Below are positions 62,001 through 64,000 of a stretch of 64,000 nucleotides of DNA, one piece after another. A program made the position numbers and the translations under genes. This stretch comes from Pecten maximus (taxonomy: Eukaryota): positions 41,106,001-41,170,000 of the forward strand of contig NC_047021.1 in NCBI RefSeq assembly GCF_902652985.1. Direction: 5' to 3'. The notes under the pieces were generated by a model that worked only from the letters and a program-made list of their open reading frames with translations, was not told where the DNA came from and did not search any database. How positions within the stretch are numbered: the stretch's first letter is position 1; every line of letters begins with the position of its first letter.

Positions 62001-63089
62001 TTGAATTAAAATTTTACACCCACAATTTTAATGCAACTGTCATCATACCTTGTTTCAGTAATAAGTCCAAGATACTGGAACGTCGCCTACGTTATTTGAA
62101 GGATCACTTCCAGTTTCAATTATACGACAATATAACGCGCTCAATATTTGCAATGCACAAGCTCGTGTTTGCGTTCCTACTTTGTGCAAATCTACAGTTG
62201 TGAGTATTCACATGACAATGTGGAGTATAGATATAGTATCGTCTAGTCTTGTATAGTCTGTAGAGACTGTCCGTACTCGTAACCAAGAACTCAACGCTCT
62301 TACTGCATACTCGCTACACTCGTGTTTTCACTCTCAAACACGAGTACCGTACTGTTATGCATACTCACTATCATAAATTTGTGTTATATACTCACTTTCC
62401 TCTATACTCACCTATACCCCTCGATACTTGCTATGCCCCTGTATACTCACCTATACACATCTATACTCACTTTGCCCCCTGTATACTACTAAAAAATTTA
62501 GTGCTTTTTGTACAAGAATTTTGAACCCTACGCTGCTTATTGATGTGAATCCTTACCAATATAAAACATCGTTGAAATGTCTTTTCCAAAATTTTATATA
62601 TTTTTTTTTTATTATTTATTTAATTTTATTTGAAATTAGTATTGACTGGTATCAAATTTCAGATTGGGTTCAAAATTACGTACAATTACAGTATTTACAA
62701 ATATGTCTATGGGGTGCGACATTTTATTATTTTCAAACACATCCCTCTGAAGACATATTTTTAAGTGCTGTATAATTAGTCAGAGACATGCATGCTTTTG
62801 TCTCTGGTATTTCTCCTGTGTTGTCATATATATTAAGGAGTCTCCACCCATATGCCTGCGAAGACTTCAGACAAGGGGGATAAATCTTGTCTGTCACCAC
62901 GAGCTTGTATATAGCTAGCTATATATGTTTATTCTGCCTGTTTTTCAGCAACAAATCCAAGATTCTGGAGCGTCGTTTGCGATACCTTTCTGACTACTTT
63001 ACATACAGTCTCTACTGTAATGTTTGTCGATCCCTCTTTGAGAAAGACAAACTGCTCTTTTCTTTCATTCTCTGTTCAAACATGTTGTT
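23061..63089 (+). CDS. DNAH12: Axonemal inner-arm dynein heavy chain, DNAH12-like; tail, linker, AAA1-4, stalk/MTBD and AAA5; continues beyond the window
   Basis: Exons: 23061-23311, 23794-23884, 24469-24483, 25373-25399, 28909-29098, 29732-29807, 30385-30543, 31029-31112, 31453-31564, 31961-32306, 32932-33023, 33512-33690, 34359-34620, 35006-35212, 36027-36148, 36466-36745, 37461-37646, 38260-38460, 39598-39792, 39913-40317, 40724-41000, 41551-41876, 42315-42407, 42834-43226, 43547-43776, 44155-44563, 45114-45299, 45764-45889, 46230-46418, 47248-47393, 47723-47861, 48028-48194, 48648-48840, 49287-49492, 49997-50071, 50516-50606, 51123-51301, 51867-52059, 52503-52664, 53254-53448, 54180-54476, 55157-55414, 55939-56160, 56813-57343, 57768-57913, 58290-58504, 58972-59164, 59469-59661, 60051-60223, then 62059-62199 or 62949-63089. 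P-loops [33 protein letters not shown]; also [10 protein letters not shown] and [12 protein letters not shown]. Tail motifs ([38 protein letters not shown]) recall DNAH12 rather than DNAH7/3; that subtype call is from memory. Confidence 0.88.
23518..23680. mobile_element. MITE with short terminal inverted repeats (related copy at 55444-55633)
   Basis: agtttcatcaacat ... atgttgataaaact ends; internal ttt(t/c)ccataggaaagca is shared with the 55444-55633 copy. Confidence 0.6.
24469..24483 (+). CDS. DNAH12: 15-nt microexon of the dynein N-terminus (LDPRA), phase 0-0
   Basis: ttctgcag|CTTGACCCGAGAGCG|gttagt with a ctaat branch-like motif upstream; frame-preserving between phase-0 neighbours. Confidence 0.55.
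25373..25399 (+). CDS. DNAH12: 27-nt microexon of the dynein N-terminus (MMSKERRIR), phase 0-0
   Basis: ctccttcaacag|ATGATGAGCAAAGAAAGGAGGATTCGG|gtacgt; purine-rich and bridges PDFPQE to [11 protein letters not shown] in frame. Confidence 0.7.
25405..25770 (+). repeat. Degenerate ~35-45-bp tandem repeat rich in CTAAC, directly downstream of the 27-nt microexon
   Basis: taccttatatggtc x6 (25408-25610); CTAAC at 25430, 25471, 25546, 25590, 25631, 25669 and 25705. Confidence 0.75.
26187..26480 (+). mobile_element. tRNA-derived CORE-type SINE
   Basis: GGGGCCGCG...CTCAG...TTAGA head, TGTGACCTTGGGCAAG CORE motif, 3' tail aaatgaccatgactgctcatagggcgataaacccc. Confidence 0.75.
27877..28604. repeat. 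(TATAGTTACTGGTA)n minisatellite, 14-16-bp unit
   Basis: About 50 near-perfect units in the dynein intron. Confidence 0.95.
30058..30350. mobile_element. Putative non-autonomous DNA element with internal inverted repeats
   Basis: gggttgaga/tctcaaccc, tgtctcac/gtgagaca and ttttctcttac/gtaacagaaaa inverted pairs. Confidence 0.5.
32360..32565 (+). mobile_element. Degenerate V-type SINE copy
   Basis: gggtttgattccctgatcggatg...ggggtcac...gtgggttttct...aataagacccttt aligns by eye with 21007-21240. Confidence 0.6.
33801..33971. mobile_element. 5'-truncated copy of the TACTGTAAAC-TIR MITE
   Basis: ggactccttttgttc...gatatcaatttgcgtaatct...cacgtttacagta. Confidence 0.7.
36752..37132. mobile_element. 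Putative non-autonomous element immediately after a dynein donor site
   Basis: cacgagtgaaa repeats, inverted pairs tgaaaaatatcaaaa/tttttgatatttca and tattacattttt/aaaaatgtaata, palindromic ttttcactagtgaaaa. Confidence 0.5.
37953..38192. repeat. Direct duplication of about 120 bp
   Basis: aaaaggtcaaaggtcacacttgatta...gtgaaaattagacagaaaagct occurs twice. Confidence 0.85.
38505..39480. repeat. 66-bp minisatellite (about 14-15 copies) filling most of a dynein intron
   Basis: tataatctggacacctgtataaaccagacaactaggtcccactgtatacatttctatgtaaccctg; accounts for the repetitive ORFs at 38493-39472. Confidence 0.95.
42110..42270. mobile_element. MITE with CAGGG...CCCTG termini (hAT-like)
   Basis: cagggataactctgga ... 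tccagggtgaaccctg imperfect terminal inverted repeats; internal tggccca motifs. Confidence 0.55.
46477..46620. repeat. Direct duplication of about 73 bp
   Basis: tatgataaatttttggattttatttgaaac...ctatttgaaaaataaat occurs twice. Confidence 0.8.
46974..47178. mobile_element. MITE with TACTGTAAACG/CGTTTACAGTA ends (TA-flanked, Tc1/mariner-like)
   Basis: Terminal inverted repeats; interior shared with 57362-57520, 59686-59899 and 33801-33971. Confidence 0.8.
48290..48606. repeat. ~38-45-bp tandem repeat (about 8 copies) with a TCACTCCAGTGA quasi-palindrome
   Basis: ttcactccagtgaatatttttt(g)taattaaaaaaaaatct units ending about 40 nt before a dynein acceptor. Confidence 0.85.
51419..51645 (+). mobile_element. 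tRNA-derived V-type SINE with (AAAC)n tail
   Basis: gccgcagtggccgagtggttaaggtg A-box, gagttcgaaa B-box, gtttttctctaggtactccagctttcctcca core, tail aaatgaccctggctgttaataggacgttaa(aaac)n. Confidence 0.8.
52152..52382. mobile_element. CORE-type SINE copy with an internal inversion
   Basis: Forward match to 26271-26310, then the reverse complement of the 26312-26476 segment, then a forward (AAAC)n tail. Confidence 0.7.
53476..53991. mobile_element. MITE-like element whose right terminal motif is tandemly amplified (unit about 42 bp)
   Basis: Left aagtaagcccc; right ggggcttatttgaggataaatatggta repeated about 8 times. A reverse copy of the motif lies at 37753-37790. Confidence 0.65.
55444..55633. 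mobile_element. MITE related to 23518-23680
   Basis: ggccccagtttca ... gagaaactcg ends; tttcccataggaaagca core. Confidence 0.55.
57362..57520. mobile_element. TACTGTAAAC-TIR MITE copy
   Basis: tactgtaaac ... gtttacagta. Confidence 0.8.
59338..59420 (-). mobile_element. tRNA-like SINE head fragment
   Basis: Minus strand reads tagcttagtggt ... agttcgaggccc (A/B boxes) with no intact cloverleaf. Confidence 0.5.
59686..59899. mobile_element. TACTGTAAAC-TIR MITE copy
   Basis: tactgtaaacgtgg ... ccacgtttacaata. Confidence 0.8.
62059..62199 (+). CDS. DNAH12: Dynein alternative exon A (divergent paralogue, candidate mutually exclusive exon)
   Basis: tgtttcag|...|gtgagt, 141 nt, phase 2-2, open: [47 protein letters not shown]. 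Not in the supplied ORF track. Confidence 0.85.
62949..63089 (+). CDS. DNAH12: Dynein alternative exon B (canonical sequence, candidate mutually exclusive exon)
   Basis: tttttcag|...|gtaagt, 141 nt, phase 2-2: [47 protein letters not shown]. Confidence 0.9.
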
Positions 63090-63652
63090 GTAAGTATGAG
63101 ATTGAGTGAAATGTTGGAATGGCTTTGATGTGATTACTTTTGCTGTGTTTTATTTACATTTTGTTAATATTTCAATTCATTAACTCTTTCGTTCTGGTTT
63201 TTGTGTGTTTTTTATTGAGTGTTGCCAAAAGACCTTTTTGACTATTTAATTATAAGAAAGTAAGAAAGAAAGCAAATCATAAAGAAAACGTTCATCTTGT
63301 AATTTTTTAATACAAATCTTATTTATTTATTTATTTGTTTTATTTACTTTTTTTCTTCTTTAAATGATTCTGTCTTGGATTTAGTCAATTAAACTGTAAT
63401 TTTCTTCTATTTTAATTTTTTTTCTAAAGGTATTTTGGCAACATTTTGTTTGACGTGATTTCTTACAATGGTTATTGTTAAAGCCAATTTAATATTTTGG
63501 TATTTGTAATATATTTGTTTGGTTATTTCTAAATATAGTTTTCATATAATCTTAAAATTGATTTTTTTTTTTTTTTTTTTTAAATATGAGCAAACAAGCT
63601 GGTAGGGTTTAACAACAAACTTTCAAATGAAAATCTCCGCAGTTCTTAGTAT

Positions 63653-63930
63653 TCTTAGTCCAGTACCGGCTGAAACTGGGGGTAGGGCTATAGGTTTTCT
63701 CTCCGTATATGTCTTGTGTGTATGTAAGTAATGCTAAAGATTGTCAGCGCTCTAGCAGCTTCATTCCTCGAGAGATTTTGATCAAATTTCACACAACAAA
63801 AAAGGACTGTAATATCTCGGACAAGGTTCAGTTTCAGGGTTTATGGGTCAAAGTTAAGATCGCTGTTACTATTTAAAGTGGGGGCGGGTAGGGGACATGT
63901 ATTGCTTAAGCAATTCCCGGTATGCTTGTT
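63653..63930 (+). mobile_element. HINE-like element related to 7386-8129, with a single internal unit
   Basis: ttgtcagcgctct...cttcatt...caaatttca...tttcaggg...gttactattta interior; gtcc...gtagggc 5' end, gtaggggac plus hairpin ttgcttaagcaa, ending cttgtt. Confidence 0.65.
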
Positions 63931-64000
63931 ATATGTATAATTTAATCACTATGCTTGACTTGATTTTATAATTATTTCTTTTAAGACCCATATTATGTCA

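Noticed and set aside
60224-62058. Additional hidden paralogous exons in the long intron upstream of exon A
   Set aside because: Reading by eye found no third [10 protein letters not shown]-like frame with splice sites; only short palindromes such as ctgaacgttcag.
62059-62199. Exon A as a dead duplicated pseudo-exon or assembly duplication
   Set aside because: Open frame, intact splice sites, exact length and phase, many synonymous differences and unrelated flanking introns argue against both.
23061-63089. Assignment as DNAH7 or DNAH3, and possible non-canonical (GC-AG or U12) introns
   Set aside because: Tail motifs recalled from DNAH12 fit better (needs BLAST or phylogeny to confirm); every intron boundary I traced is GT-AG.

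Overview
AT-rich eukaryotic (animal) genomic DNA with spliceosomal GT-AG introns; the repeat types (Helentron-type non-autonomous elements, tRNA-derived CORE/V-type SINEs, MITEs) suggest a mollusc, probably a bivalve (inference). There are three protein-coding genes: (1) the 3' eight exons of cohesin SMC1 (+, 440-5620); (2) a complete IQUB gene (-, 11 coding exons, 10340-18813, about 875 aa); (3) the 5' ~50 exons of an inner-arm axonemal dynein heavy chain, best matching DNAH12 (+, 23061 to past the window end), head-to-head with IQUB across a ~330-bp putative bidirectional promoter. The most notable signal is a tandem pair of 141-nt, same-phase paralogous dynein exons (62059-62199 and 62949-63089) that look like mutually exclusive exons. 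The intron between them carries several exact antisense copies of the first exon's donor site and multiple hairpins. The dynein also has 15-nt and 27-nt microexons, and one SMC1 exon/intron junction is tandemly repeated to give six identical donors. All exon coordinates were read by hand and no database search was run.
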